This document shows, piece by piece, positions 44,062 through 59,315 of a DNA stretch of 64,000 nucleotides. A program made the translations under genes and the position numbers. This stretch comes from the human T2T-CHM13v2.0 reference genome, Homo sapiens: the NCBI RefSeq assembly GCF_009914755.1, contig NC_060926.1; one strand, 5' to 3'. The stretch's first letter is position 1. The number at the start of each line of letters is the position of its first letter. A model generated the notes under the pieces. It did not search any database. It saw only the letters and a list, made by a program, of their open reading frames with translations, and had not been told where the DNA came from.

Positions 44062-45281
44062 GTATGTACCACATTTTCTTTATCCAGTCTATCATTGATG
44101 GGCATTTAGGTTGATTCCATATCTTTGCTATTGTGAATAGTGCTGTAATGAACATACACATGCATGTGTCTTTATAACAGAATGATTTATATTCCTTTAG
44201 GTATATATCCGGTAATGGGATTTCTGGATCAAATGGTGTTTCTGTCTTTAGGTCTTTGAAGAATTGCCACACTGTCTTCAACAATGACTGAACTAATTTA
44301 CACTCCCACCAACAGTGTAAAATCACTTTCTTTTCTCCACAACCTCACCAGCATCTGTTTTTTTTGTGACTTTTTAGTAATAGCCATTCAGACTGGTGTG
44401 AGGTGATATCTCATTATGGTTTTGATTTACATTTCTCTAATGATCAGTGATGAACTTTTTTTCATATGATTGTTGGCCATATGTATGTCTTTTTTTGAAA
44501 AGTATCTGTCCATGTCCTTTGTCCACTTTTTTATGGGGTTGTTTGTTTGTTTCTTATAAATTTGTTTAAGTTCCTTATACATGCTGGATATTAGACCTTT
44601 GTCAGATGTATAGTTTGCAAAATATTTCTCCCATTCTTCAGGTTATCTGTTTATTCTGTTGAGAGTTTCTTTTGCTGTGCAGAAGCTCTTTAGTTTAATT
44701 AGATCTCATTTGTCAATTTTTGTTCTTGTTACAATTGCTTTTGGCATCTTTGTCATGAAATCTTTGTCAGTGTCTATGTCCTGAATGGTATCGCTTATGT
44801 TGTCTTCCAGGTTTTTATAGTTTTGGGTTTTTCATTTAAGTCTTTAATCCATCTTGAGATGCAGAAAAGGCTTTTGATAAAATTCAACATCCCTTCATGT
44901 TAAAAACTCTCAGTAAACTATATATTGAAGGAACATACCTCAAAAGAATAAGAGCCATCTATTACAAACCCACAGAGAACATCACACTGAAATGAGCAAA
45001 AGCTGGAAGCATTTACCTTGAAAACTAGCACAAGACAAGGATGCCCTCACTCACCATTCCTATTCAGCATAGTATTGGAATTTCTGGCCAGGGCAATGAG
45101 GCAAGAGAGAAATAAAGTGCATTCAAATAGGAAGAGAGGAAGCCAAACTATCTTTGTTTGCAGATGACATTATTCTATATGTAGAAAACCCCATCATCTC
45201 AGCACAAAAGCTTCTTAACCTGATAAGCAACTTCAGCAAAGTCTCAGGATACTAAATCAATGTACAAAAATCGCTAGTACT
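44062..45281 (-). mobile_element. L1PA fragment with internal inversion, 3'UTR missing
   Basis: Minus-strand ORF2 end (44062-44860) joined to a plus-strand upstream ORF2 piece (44859-45281). Confidence 0.75.
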
Positions 45282-45292
45282 TCTTTTTTTTA

Positions 45293-45368
45293 ATGTGACT
45301 TGCTTTATTGCGATATTTGCTTTATTGTGGTGGTCTGGAATTGAACCCACAATATCTCCAAGGTGCCT
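45293..45368 (+). mobile_element. Tigger1 terminal fragment
   Basis: TGTGACTTGCTTTATTGCGATATTTGCTTTATTGTGGTGGTCTGGAA...CAATATCTCCAAGGT matches the Tigger1 end as remembered. Confidence 0.75.
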
Positions 45369-45589
45369 ACATTAGTATACCTACATTAGTAATACCTACG
45401 TTAGTGTATACTTAGTATAATTGGCCTTTGTATTAATATGCAAATAGTATTGACACTTAAATGCTCCGAAAAGGTCTCTGTAGAGAACTCTTTGAGAACT
45501 GCCATCTAGAGGAAAGGATGGGCTGCATATCCACCAGATAATTTTACATGCATATTTTATATATTTTATATATATTTATTTATTTCTAT

Positions 45590-45831
45590 AAAACTGCATG
45601 TGAATCCACGATGGTCTCAAAATATAAAATTTAATTTAAAAGATCCATTATATTTGCTATCTGACCCTTAAAAATTATATATATATAAAATTATATTTTA
45701 TGTAAATATAATTAATATAATATATAAATTAAATATATAATATAAATAATTTTTAAGGGTCAGATAGCAAATAATGGATTTTTAAAATTAAATTTTATAT
45801 TTTGAGACCATCACAGATTCATATGCATTTT
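45590..45831. repeat. Inverted repeat (arms of 86-89 bp) with a 67-nt AT-rich spacer
   Basis: 45590-45678 is the near reverse complement of 45746-45831. Confidence 0.92.
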
Positions 45832-46370
45832 AAAAAAATAATAGGAAGAGATCCTGTGCATTCTTTGCCTGGTTTCCTTCAATAGTAACATCTTCCAAAA
45901 CTACAGTACAATAGCACAACCAGATTATTGACATTGATACAATCAAGATACAGAATAATGTCATCACCACAAAGGTTCCTTAGTTTGCCCTCTCATAGTC
46001 ACACTCACTTTACTCCTTTCCATTGCTCCTCATCTCCCATCTCTGACACCTAGAAATTATTAATCTGTTTCTATTTGTAAATGTTGTCGTTTCAGTAAGA
46101 TTATCTGAATGGAATCATATGGTATGTAACCATTTGGGATTTTCAATCAGCATAATTCCTTGAGGATTCATCCATGTAGTATAAATATTTTGTTCATATT
46201 TATTGCTGAGTAGTATTCTATTACATGAATATTGCGCAGTTTGTTTATTAATTCACCCTTTGAAAAGCATTTCAGTCAGGTTTTGGTTATTACAAGTAAG
46301 CTGCTATGAAGATTAATGTATAGCTTTTTGTGTGAATGTAAGTTGTCAGTTCTCTGGGATATATGCAGGT
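45780..46370 (-). mobile_element. L1MC-like 3' end
   Basis: TTTTGAGA...AGATTCATATGCA...AGAGATCCTGTG...GTAACATCTT..AAAACTA.AGTACAATA...TATTGACATTGATACAATC. Confidence 0.7.
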
Positions 46371-46372
46371 TT

Positions 46373-46696
46373 TTGTTTTGTTTTGTTTTGCTTTGTTTTG
46401 TTTAAAGACATGGTCTCACTCTGTCACCCAGACTAGAGTGCAGTGCCATGATCATAGCTCACTGTAACCTTGAATTCCTGGGCTCAAGCCATCTGCCTGC
46501 CTCAGCCTCTGATCTGGAGTAGCTAGAACTACAGGTATATACCACCACCCCTGGCTAATTTTTAAAAAACTATTTTTTGTAGAGATGAGATCTTGCTATG
46601 TTGGCCAAGCTGGTCTCAAACTCATGGCCTCAAGTAATTCTCCCACCCCCGCCTCCCAAAGACTTGGAAGTACAGGCATGAGCCACTCTACCCTGA
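46373..46696 (-). mobile_element. Alu (AluJ-like)
   Basis: Reverse Alu with a (TTTTG)n tail. CAGGTTT direct repeat at 46366-46372 and 46697-46703. Confidence 0.88.
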
Positions 46697-46706
46697 CAGG
46701 TTTGTA

Positions 46707-47181
46707 ATTTTTTATTTTAATTTTTTTCTTGAACTTTTAAGTCAGGAGTACATGTACAGGACATGCATGTTTGTTACCTAAGTAAACAAGTGCCATGGTG
46801 GTTTGCTGCTCAGATTATCCCATCACCTAGGTATTACACCCAGCACCCATTAGCTATTCTTCCTGATGCTCTCCTTCCCTCCACTCCAACCTCTGACAGG
46901 CCCCAGTGTATGTTGTTTTCCCCCATGTGTCCATGTGTTCTCATCATTCAGCTCCCACTTATAAGTGAGAACATGCAGTATTTGGTATTCTGCTTCTGTG
47001 TTAGTTTGCTGAGGATAATGGCTTCCAGCTCCATCCATGTCCCTACACAGGACCTGATCTCATTCCTTTTTCTAGCTGCATAGTATTCCATATTGTATAT
47101 ATGTTCCACATTTTCTTTATTCAATCTATAATTGATGGGCATTTAGGTTGATTCCATGCCTTTTCTATTATAAATAGTGCT
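46707..47181 (-). mobile_element. L1PA (PA8-PA11-like) 3' end
   Basis: T-rich tail and reverse-complement 3'UTR. ORF 46948-47142 is the ORF2 C-terminus. Confidence 0.85.
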
Positions 47182-48211
47182 TCAAAAAGTTGTTGAGATA
47201 CTTGAAGAACTGGTAGTCAGTTGGCAAGAGCTCAGGTGAATATGACGGAAGAGGTAAAAATTTGTAGCCCAATTCATTCAACTTTTGAAGCATTGTTTGT
47301 GCAATGTGCAGTCGGGCATCGTCGTGGAGAAGAATTGGGCCCTTCCTATTGACCAATACTGGCTGCAGGCATTGCAGTTTTTAGTGCATCTCATCAATTT
47401 GCTGAGCATACTTCTCAAATGTAATGGTTTTACTGGGATTCAGAAAGCTGTAGTAGATCAGACCAGCAGTAAACCACCATATAGTGACCATGAACTTTTT
47501 TTGGTATAAGTTTGGCTTTGGGAAGTGCTGTGGCACTTCTTCTCAGTCCAACCACTGAGCTGGTCATCACCGGTTGTTGAATAAAATCCACTTTTCATCA
47601 CACATCACAAGTTGATTGAGAATGATTCCTTGTAGCATAGAATAAGAGAAGATGATGCTTCAAAATGATATTTTTTATTTTCACTCAGCTCCTGAGGCAT
47701 CCACTTATCAAGCTTTTTCACCTGCTTTTTCACCTGCTTCAAATGCCAAATGAGTTCTTCAGCAACTTCTCATGTAGTTGTAAGAGGATCACCTTCAATG
47801 ATTGCTCTCAATTGGTCGTTGTCAACTTCTGATTGCCGGCCACTATGCTTCTCATCTTCAAAGCTCTCGTCTCCTTTGCAAAACTTCTTGAACCACCACT
47901 TCACTGTACACTCATTAGTCATTCCTGGGCCGAAGGTGCTGTTGATGTTGCAAATTGTCTCTAATGCTTTACAACCCATTTTGAACTCGAATAAGAAAAT
48001 CGCTCAAATTTTCTTTTTGTCTAACATCATTTCCATACTCTAAGATAAATATAAAATAAACAGCAAGTAAGAAGTCATTTGCAAAAAAACATGGATAAAG
48101 CAAGAAAAATGCATTAAAATGATATATAACATAACCACATTTACTTAGGAATGTATTCCAATATCAAATGCAAATTTCAACAATGCAAAAACCTCAATTA
48201 CGTTTCCACCA
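47182..48211 (-). mobile_element. Hsmar1 mariner transposon remnant (transposase pseudogene)
   Basis: Minus-strand peptides TVKWWFKKFCKGDESFEDEKHSGRQSEVDNDQLRAIIE and NRKGPILLHDDAR...YSPELLPTDYQFF match the Hsmar1/SETMAR transposase. Start ATGGAAATGATGTTAGACAAAAAG at 48036. Degenerate 5' TIR at 48184-48211. The C-terminus and 3' TIR are absent. Confidence 0.92.
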
Positions 48212-49105
<894 letters not shown>

Positions 49106-49107
49106 CT

Positions 49108-51974
<2,867 letters not shown>

Positions 51975-53745
51975 GTACCCATTTCTTCTAGGTTTTCTAG
52001 CTTGTGTGCATAGTGCTGTTTATAATAGAGTCTGAGGGTGTTTTGTATTTCTGTGGGTTCAGTGGCAATGTCCCCTTTGTTGTTTCTGATTGCATTTAAT
52101 TGCATTTCTTTTCTTTATTATTCTAGCTAGTGGTCTATCTTATTAATTCTTTCATAGAACAGCTCCTGTATTCACTGTTCTTTTGTACGGGGGTGTGTGT
52201 GTGTGTGTGTGTGTGTGTGTCTTAATTTCCTTCAGTTCAGCTCTGATTTTGGTTATTTCTTGTCTTCTGCTAGCTTTCAGGTTAATTTCCCTTGTTTCTC
52301 TAGTTCCTCTAGTTGTGATGTTGGTTTGTTAAATCGAGATCTTTCTAAAGTTTTGATGTGGATACTTAGTAGTGTAAACTTCCCTCTTAACATGCTTTGG
52401 CTGTTTCCCAGAGCTTCTGGTATGTTTATCCTTTTTCTCTCATTCATTTCAAAGAATTTCTTGAATCCTGCCTTAATTTCATTATTTACCTAGAAGTCAT
52501 TCAGAAGCATGTTGTTTGATTCCCACTTAATTGTATGGTTTTGAGTGATTTTCTTAGCATTGATTTTTATTTTTTTGGCACTGTAGTCCAAAGAATATGG
52601 TAAGTATGATTTTTTTGTTGTTTTTTTAATTTGCAGAGGATGGTTTTATGCCAAATTACGTAGTCAATTTTATAGTGTGTGTCATCTGCAGATGAGAAGA
52701 ATGTATATTCTGTTGTTTGGGGGTGGAGAGTTCTGTACATGTCTATTAGTTGCATTTGGTCAAGTGTTGAATTTGGGTCCAAACATCTTTGTTAGTTTTC
52801 TGCCTCGATGATTTATCTAATACTGTCAGTGGGGTGTTAAAATCTTTCACTATTATTGTGGGATGTCTTAGTCTTTTTGAGGGTCTCTAAAAATTTGCTT
52901 TATGAATCTGGATGCTCCTGTGTGGGGTGCATATATAGTTAGGATAGGTAGGTCTTCTTGTTGAATCAAGCCCTTTACCATTACATAATGCTCTTGTCTT
53001 TTTTTTAATCTCTGTTATTTTAAAGTCTGTTTCTTCTGAAATTAGAACAGCAACCCCTGCTTTTCTCTGTTTTCCATTTGCTTGGTCGATTTTTCTTCAT
53101 CCCTCTACTTTGAGCCTATGGGTGTTATTTCATGTACAATGGGCCTCTCGAAGACAGCGTACCACTGGGTTTTGCATCTTTATCCAACTTGCCAACTCTG
53201 TGTCTATTAATTGGGGCATTTGGCCTGTTTGCATTCAAGGTTAGTATTGATATGTGTGGATTCGATCCTGTCATCATATTGTTAGCTGGTTATTATGCAG
53301 ACTTCTTTGTGTTGTTGCTTTATAGTGTCACTGGTCTATGTATTTAAGTGTGCTTATGTAGTGATTGGTAATGGTCTTTTCTTTGCATATTTAGCACTCC
53401 CTTCAGGACCTCTTATAAGGCAGGTGTGTTAAATTCCCTTTGTATTTGCTTATCTGAAAAGGATTTTATTACTCCTTTACTTATGAAGCTTAGTTTGGCT
53501 GGATATGACATTCTTGGTTGAAAATAGGCTCCCAATCTCTTCTGGCTTGTAGGGTTTCTGCTTACAGGTCTACTGTTAGTGTTATGGGGTTCCCTTTGTA
53601 TGTGATCTTCCCCTTTTCTCTGGCTGCCTTTAACATTCTTTCTTTCATTTTGACCTTGGAGAATCCGATGACTGTGTGTCTTGGGGTTGGCCTTCTTATG
53701 TAGTATTTCACAGGTTTTCTCTGCATTTCCTTAATTTTAGTGTTA
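51975..53745 (-). mobile_element. Older L1P fragment (ORF1 end to ORF2 endonuclease region)
   Basis: Peptide LDQMQLIDMYRTLHPQTTEYTFFSS (52567-52782) is L1 endonuclease domain. Confidence 0.75.
52193..52220. repeat. (GT)14 microsatellite
   Basis: Direct reading. Confidence 0.95.
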
Positions 53746-54144
53746 TATAGTGTTCTTAAATGTATGATTTTTTTCTCAGTTTCAAACCAAATTAAAAACT
53801 TATTGGTGAACCTTGTTTAAACTAGGGTGGTGCTTGGCCAGTACAGGAAAACACTGCCCCCAATGCCGGTCTAGAAAACACTGAATAATCAGCACTAACC
53901 ATCTACCCATGGAGAAGGTTTGTCCTAATTGAGCAAAACACTAGTCACTGGGTTCCACAGCTCTCTTCCACGACCCATGGCTTCTAATAGAGCTATAACA
54001 CTCACTGTATGGCCCAAGATTTCATTCCTTGGAATCCATGAGGCCAAGAACCCCAGGTCAGAGAACAAGAGGCTTGCCGCCATCTTGGAAGCGGCCCACC
54101 ACCATCTTGGGAGCTCTAAGAACAAGGACCACCCGGTAACATTT

Positions 54145-54162
54145 TGGCGACCATGAAGGGAC
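54145..54162 (+). promoter_or_regulatory. Retroviral primer-binding site (tRNA-Arg-like)
   Basis: TGGCGACCATGAAGGGAC, 3 nt after the LTR end (...GGTAACA). Confidence 0.75.
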
Positions 54163-57100
54163 CTCCAAAGCAGTGAGTAATATTGGACCACTTTTGCTTG
54201 CTATTCTGTCCTATCCTTCCTTAGAATTGGAGGAAAACACTGGGCACCCATCAGCCAGTTAAAAATGATTAGCATAGCCGCCAGACTTAAGACTCAGGTG
54301 TGAGGCTATCTGGGAAAGGGCTTTCTAGCAATCCCCAACCCTTCTGGGTTGGGAGTGTTGGTCTGCCTAGAACCAGCTTCCACTTTCAATTTTCCTGGGG
54401 AAGCCAAGGGCCGACTAGAGGCAGAAAGGTGTCATCCCAAACTCCTGGCATTAGCTGGTTGAGATCATGGTGCAGCCAGAAGTCTCTACTCAACAGTTGC
54501 CCATGCGTGCACCCCTAACTTTCTGTCTGACCCTTACCTCCTGGGTTCCGACCATGACTTTCTTGAAAATGTAGCCCCAAAATTCTACTTACCTCTGAGT
54601 CTACTTCCTCTGATCCCTGCCTCCTAGGTACCAATGGTTCAGACTTTCATTTCCTCTCCCAAGTATTAGAGCAAGTTGTATTTCCAAAGTGATCTAAGGA
54701 AGCTCTACACTGTGTCCTTAGGCATCTAGGCTATGAACCCAGAGAGTCCTGTCCCTGGTGTCCCTCTCAATTTAGGCATACAGCCCTCAATATGGGCAGT
54801 TATGTGGGACCCATTCCCCACCACCCTTGCCAGGGCCCCAAGTTTGCAAATGGCTAGGAGGATTGCTCTCCCATTTGTAAGATGCTCTCCTCCCCTGATT
54901 TCTACCCAGCTTACCCCTCTGCAATACAATCTCCAAGCCTTGGCTCCTTGGCCAGGGCCTTAGAACTGATAACCCAGTACTTTAACAACTGGAACTGGGT
55001 CTATGAAAACGTAATAGATTAGGATGAAAGCAAATTGAGTAAGTCAAGGAGGGAAGATACAGAGAGAGAGAGACAGAGAGAGAGAGAGAAAAGAGAGAAA
55101 AGAGAGGGAGAGAGAGAAAAAGAGAGATAGAAGTAGTAAAGAAAAAACAGTGTGCCTTATTCCTTTAAAAGCCAGGGTAAATTTAAAACCTATAATTCAT
55201 CATGGAAAGTCTTCTCTATGACCCTATAACACTCCAATACTACCTTGTTGTCAGTGTAAACAAGGGCATAGCCTGAAAACACTGAGACCACTGACAACCA
55301 GTAGCCTTCCTATCAAAAATCCTTAACCCCGGAACCCACGGATGGCCCAAATGCATTCAATCTGTAGCGGCAACTGCTTTGCTAACAGAAGAAAGTAGAA
55401 AAATAACTTTTAGAGGAAACCTCACTGTGAGCACATCTCACCAATTCAGAATTATTCTAAGTCAAAAAAGAAAAAGGTAGCTTACTAACTCAAAAATCTT
55501 AAAGTATGGGGCTATTCTGTTAGAAAAAGGTGATTTAACATTAACCACTGAAAATTCCCTTAACCCAGCAGATTTCCTAACAGGGGATTTAAATCTTAAT
55601 TACCATACAAAGGTCCGACCAGACCTAGAAGGAACTCCCTTCAGAACAGAAGGGTAGATGGCTCCTCTCAGGTGATTGAGTAAAAAACACAATGGGTGTT
55701 CAGTAATTGATAGGGAGACTCTTTTGGAAGCAGTTAGGAGAATTGCCTAATAATTGGTCTGCTCAAACGTGCGTGCAAGCTGTTTGCACTCAGCCAAGCC
55801 TTAAAGTACTTACAGAATCAAAAAGACTTTATCCCAATCCTGACTCAAAAGGTTACCTATACCTTCTCTGAAATGAATTTGCATAAGAACAGTTGTTTAT
55901 GGGAGTGCATCTTGATGGGGCGTCTGGGTTGTTATGAAATACTCAGGAACCTAGCCCAGCTCTAGAACTCATCTCTGAGCACAAAGGCAACGTTGGGCAG
56001 GCTAGTAAAGGACCACTAGAATCCAGCAGCCCAGACCCCTTTCTTTGTGGTCAAGAAAGGTGGGAAAACAGGTGCAGGACTGCTACATCAGTGAGCATAA
56101 CTAATCCGATAAGCAGAGGTCCATGGGTGTTTACACACCCTGGAAAAGAATAAGCATTAGGACCTTAGAGGACACTCTACGACTAATGCTTATTGGAAAA
56201 TGACTAGGGGTACTGGCATCCCCTGTTTTTTTTCAGATGGGAAACGTTCCCCCCCAAGGCAAAAACACCCCTAAGATGTATTCTGGAGAATTCGGCCCAG
56301 CCAGAGTGTACGTACCTTTTTTCCTGTCAGACTTGAAGCAAATTAAAATAGACCTAGGTAAATTCTCAGATAACCCTGATGGCTATATTGATGTTTCACA
56401 AGGGTTAAGACAGTCCTTTGATCTGACATGGAGAGATATAATGTTACTGCTAGATCAGACACTAACCCCAAATGAAAGAAGTGCTGCCATAACTGCAGCC
56501 AGAGAGTTTGGCGATCTCTGTTATCTCAGTCAGGTCAATGATAGGATGACAACAGAGGAAAGAGAACAACTCCCCACAGGCCAGCAGGCAGTTCCCAGTG
56601 TAGACCATCATTGGGACACAGAATCAGAACAAGGAGATTGGTGCTGCAGACATTTACTAACTTGCGTGGTAGAAGGACTAAGGAAAACTAGGAAGAAGCC
56701 TATAAATTATTCAATGATGTCCCCTATAACATAGGGAAAGGAAGAAAATCCTACTGCCTTTCTGGAGAGACTAAGGGAGGCATTGAGGAAGTATACCTCT
56801 CTCTCACCTGACTCTATTGAAGGCCAACTAATCTTAAAGGATAAGTTTATCACTCAGTCAGCTGCAGACATTAAAAAAAAAAACTTCAAAAGTCCACCTT
56901 AGGTCCAGAGCAAAACTTAGAAACCCTATTGAACTTGGCAACCTTGGTTTTTTATAATAGAGATCAGGAGGAACAGGCAGAATGGGACAAACGACATAAG
57001 AAAAAGGCCACTGCTTGAGTCATGGCCCTCAGGCAAGTGGACTTTGGTGGCTCTGGAACACGGAAAGCCTGGGCAAATTGAATGCCTAATAGGGATTGCT

Positions 57101-58664
57101 TCCAGTGCAGTCTACAAAGACACTTTAAAAAAGATTGTCCAAATAGAAATAAGCCTCCCCCTGTCCATGCCCCTTATGTCAAGGGAATCACTGGAAGGCC
57201 CACTGCCCCAGGGGACGAAGGTCCTCTGAGTCAGAAGCCACTAACCAGATGATTCAGCAGCAGGACTGAGGGTGCCCGGGGCAAGTGCCAGCCCATGCCA
57301 TCACCCTCACAGAGCCCTGGGTATGCTTGAGCATTGGGGGCCAGAAGGTTAACTGTCTCCTGGACACTGGCACGGCCTTCTCGGTCTTATTCTCCTGTCC
57401 TGGACAACTGTCCTCCAGATCTGTCACTATCTGAGGGGTCCTAGGACACGCAGTCACTAGATACTTCTCCCAGCCACAAAGTTGTGACTGAGGAACTTTA
57501 CTCTTTTCACATGCCTTTCTAATTATACCTGAAAACCCCACTCCTCTGTTAGGGAGAGACATCCTAGGAAAAGCAGGGGCCATTATACACTAGAATTAGG
57601 AGAAGGAAAAAGGGTAAATATATATACAGACTCTAAGCATGCTTACCTAGTCCTCCATGCCCACACAGCAATATGGAGAGAAAAGGAATTCCTAACTTCC
57701 GAGGGAACACCTATCAAACATCAGGAAGCCATCAGGAGATTATTATTGGCTGTACATGCCACCTAAAGAGGTGGCAGTCTTACACTGCCGGGGTCAGGAG
57801 AAAGGAAAGGAAAGAATAGAAGGGAACCGCCAAGCAGATATTGAAGCCAAAAGAGCCACAAGGTGGGACCCTCCATTAGAAATGTTTATAGAAGGACCCC
57901 TAATATGGGGTAATCCCCTCTGGGAAACCAAGCCCCAGTACTCAACAGGATAAATTGAATGGGGAGCCTCAAGAAGACACAGTTTCCTCCCCTCGGGATG
58001 GCTAGCCACTGAAGAAGGAAAAATACTTTTGCCTGCAGCTAATCAATGGAAATTACTTAAAACCCTTCACCAAACCTTTCACTTAGGCATTGATAGCACC
58101 CATCAGATGGCCAAATTATTATTTACTGGACCAGGTCTTTTCAAAACTGTCAAGCAGATAGTCAGGGCCTGTGAAGTGTGCCAAAGAAATAATTCCCTGC
58201 ACTGCAGGCCATTTCAATCCCTGTATCTTTAACCTCCTTGCTAAGTTTGTCTCTTCCAGAATCAAAGCTGTGAACTATAAATCATTCTTCAAATGGAGCC
58301 GCAGATGCAGTCCATGACTAAGATCTACCATGGTCCCCTGGACCGGCCTGCTATTCCATACTCCGATGTTGATGACATCGAAGGCACCCCTCCCGAGGAA
58401 ATCTCAACTGCACAACCCCTACTATGCCCCAATTCAGCAGGAAGCAGTTAGAGCAGTCGTCAGCCAACCTCCCCAACAGCACTTGGGTTTTCCTGTTGAG
58501 CGGGGGGACTGCAAGACAGGATTAGCTGGATTTCCTAGGTTGACTAAGAATCCCTAAGCCTAGCTGGGAAGGTAACCACATCCACCTTTAAACACAGGGC
58601 TTGCAACTTAGCTCACACCTGACCAATCAGGTAGTAAAGAGAGCTCACTAAAATGTTAATTAGG

Positions 58665-58723
58665 AACCTGCACATTGTGCACATGTACCCTAGAACTTAA
58701 AGTATAATAAAAAAAATTTTTTT
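58665..58723 (+). mobile_element. Ultra-short L1PA 3' end inside LTR17
   Basis: AACCTGCACATTGTGCACATGTACCCTAGAACTTAAAGTATAAT plus tail. TSD AAATG(T/C)TAATTAGG at 58651-58664 and 58724-58737. Confidence 0.92.
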
Positions 58724-58931
58724 AAATGCTAATTAGGCAAAAACAGGAGGTAAAGAAATAGCCAATCATCTATCGCTTGAGAGCACAGGGGGATATAATG
58801 CTTGAGTGCACAATGATTGGGATATAAACCCAGGCATTCAAGCCAGCAACAGCAACCCCTTTAGGGTCCCCTCCCATTTTATGGGAGCTCTGTTTTCACT
58901 CATTAAATCTTGCAACTGCAAAAAAAAAAAA

Positions 58932-59310
58932 TTTAATGGAAGTGCTAGAAATAAAACACATGATAAAAGAGATGAACAATTGTTTTGACAGACTTTTTAA
59001 CAGACTGGACAGTTTTAAGAAAAGAATCACTGAACTTGAAGACAGGTCAAAAGAAGTTACACTGAAACACAAAGAAAGAAAAAAGGTTTAAAAAAAGGTA
59101 GAGAGGCAAAATAGAGCATCTAAAGCTGTGGAATAATACCAAATGTGTTAATATATGTGTAACTGGAATCCTAGAGAGGGAAAACATAGAGGATGGGGGC
59201 GTATATCTGAAGAGACAGTGGTCAAGAATTTTGAAGAAATATTAAAAGACACTAAACCTCACCTCCAATAAGCTCAGAGAACCAGAATCAAAACAAATAC
59301 CAATACTCAG
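58932..59310 (+). mobile_element. Old L1M ORF1 fragment
   Basis: GAAAAGAATCACTGAACTTGAAGACAGGTCAA...GTAACTGGAATCCTAGA...AAGCTCAGAGAACC ORF1-type motifs. Confidence 0.6.
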
Positions 59311-59315
59311 AATAA

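Larger units (their letters stand above)
53922..58931 (+). pseudogene. HERV-W (HERV17/LTR17) processed retrocopy with internal deletions
   Basis: In order: partial 5' U5 (to 54141), PBS at 54145-54162, long leader with an AG-rich tract (about 55048-55130), gag from 56237 (DLGKFSDNPDGYID), protease (LLDTG), RNaseH/IN pieces, env C-terminus (..GPLDRPA..PPEEISTAQPLLCPNSAGSS, syncytin-1-like), and a 3' LTR (58510-58920) ending after ATTAAA in poly(A) with no U5. Confidence 0.9.

Noticed and set aside
47168-48036. SETMAR gene or active transposase
   Set aside because: No SET domain or exon structure, multiple frameshifts, and the C-terminus is missing.
56237-56734. 165-aa Gag ORF as a domesticated gene
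   Set aside because: Frameshifted start, internal deletion and premature stop, which is typical decay. There is no evidence of selection from sequence alone.
58215-58450. Syncytin-like env gene
   Set aside because: Only the last 75 or so codons remain, with an in-frame stop. The signal peptide, SU and most of TM are deleted.
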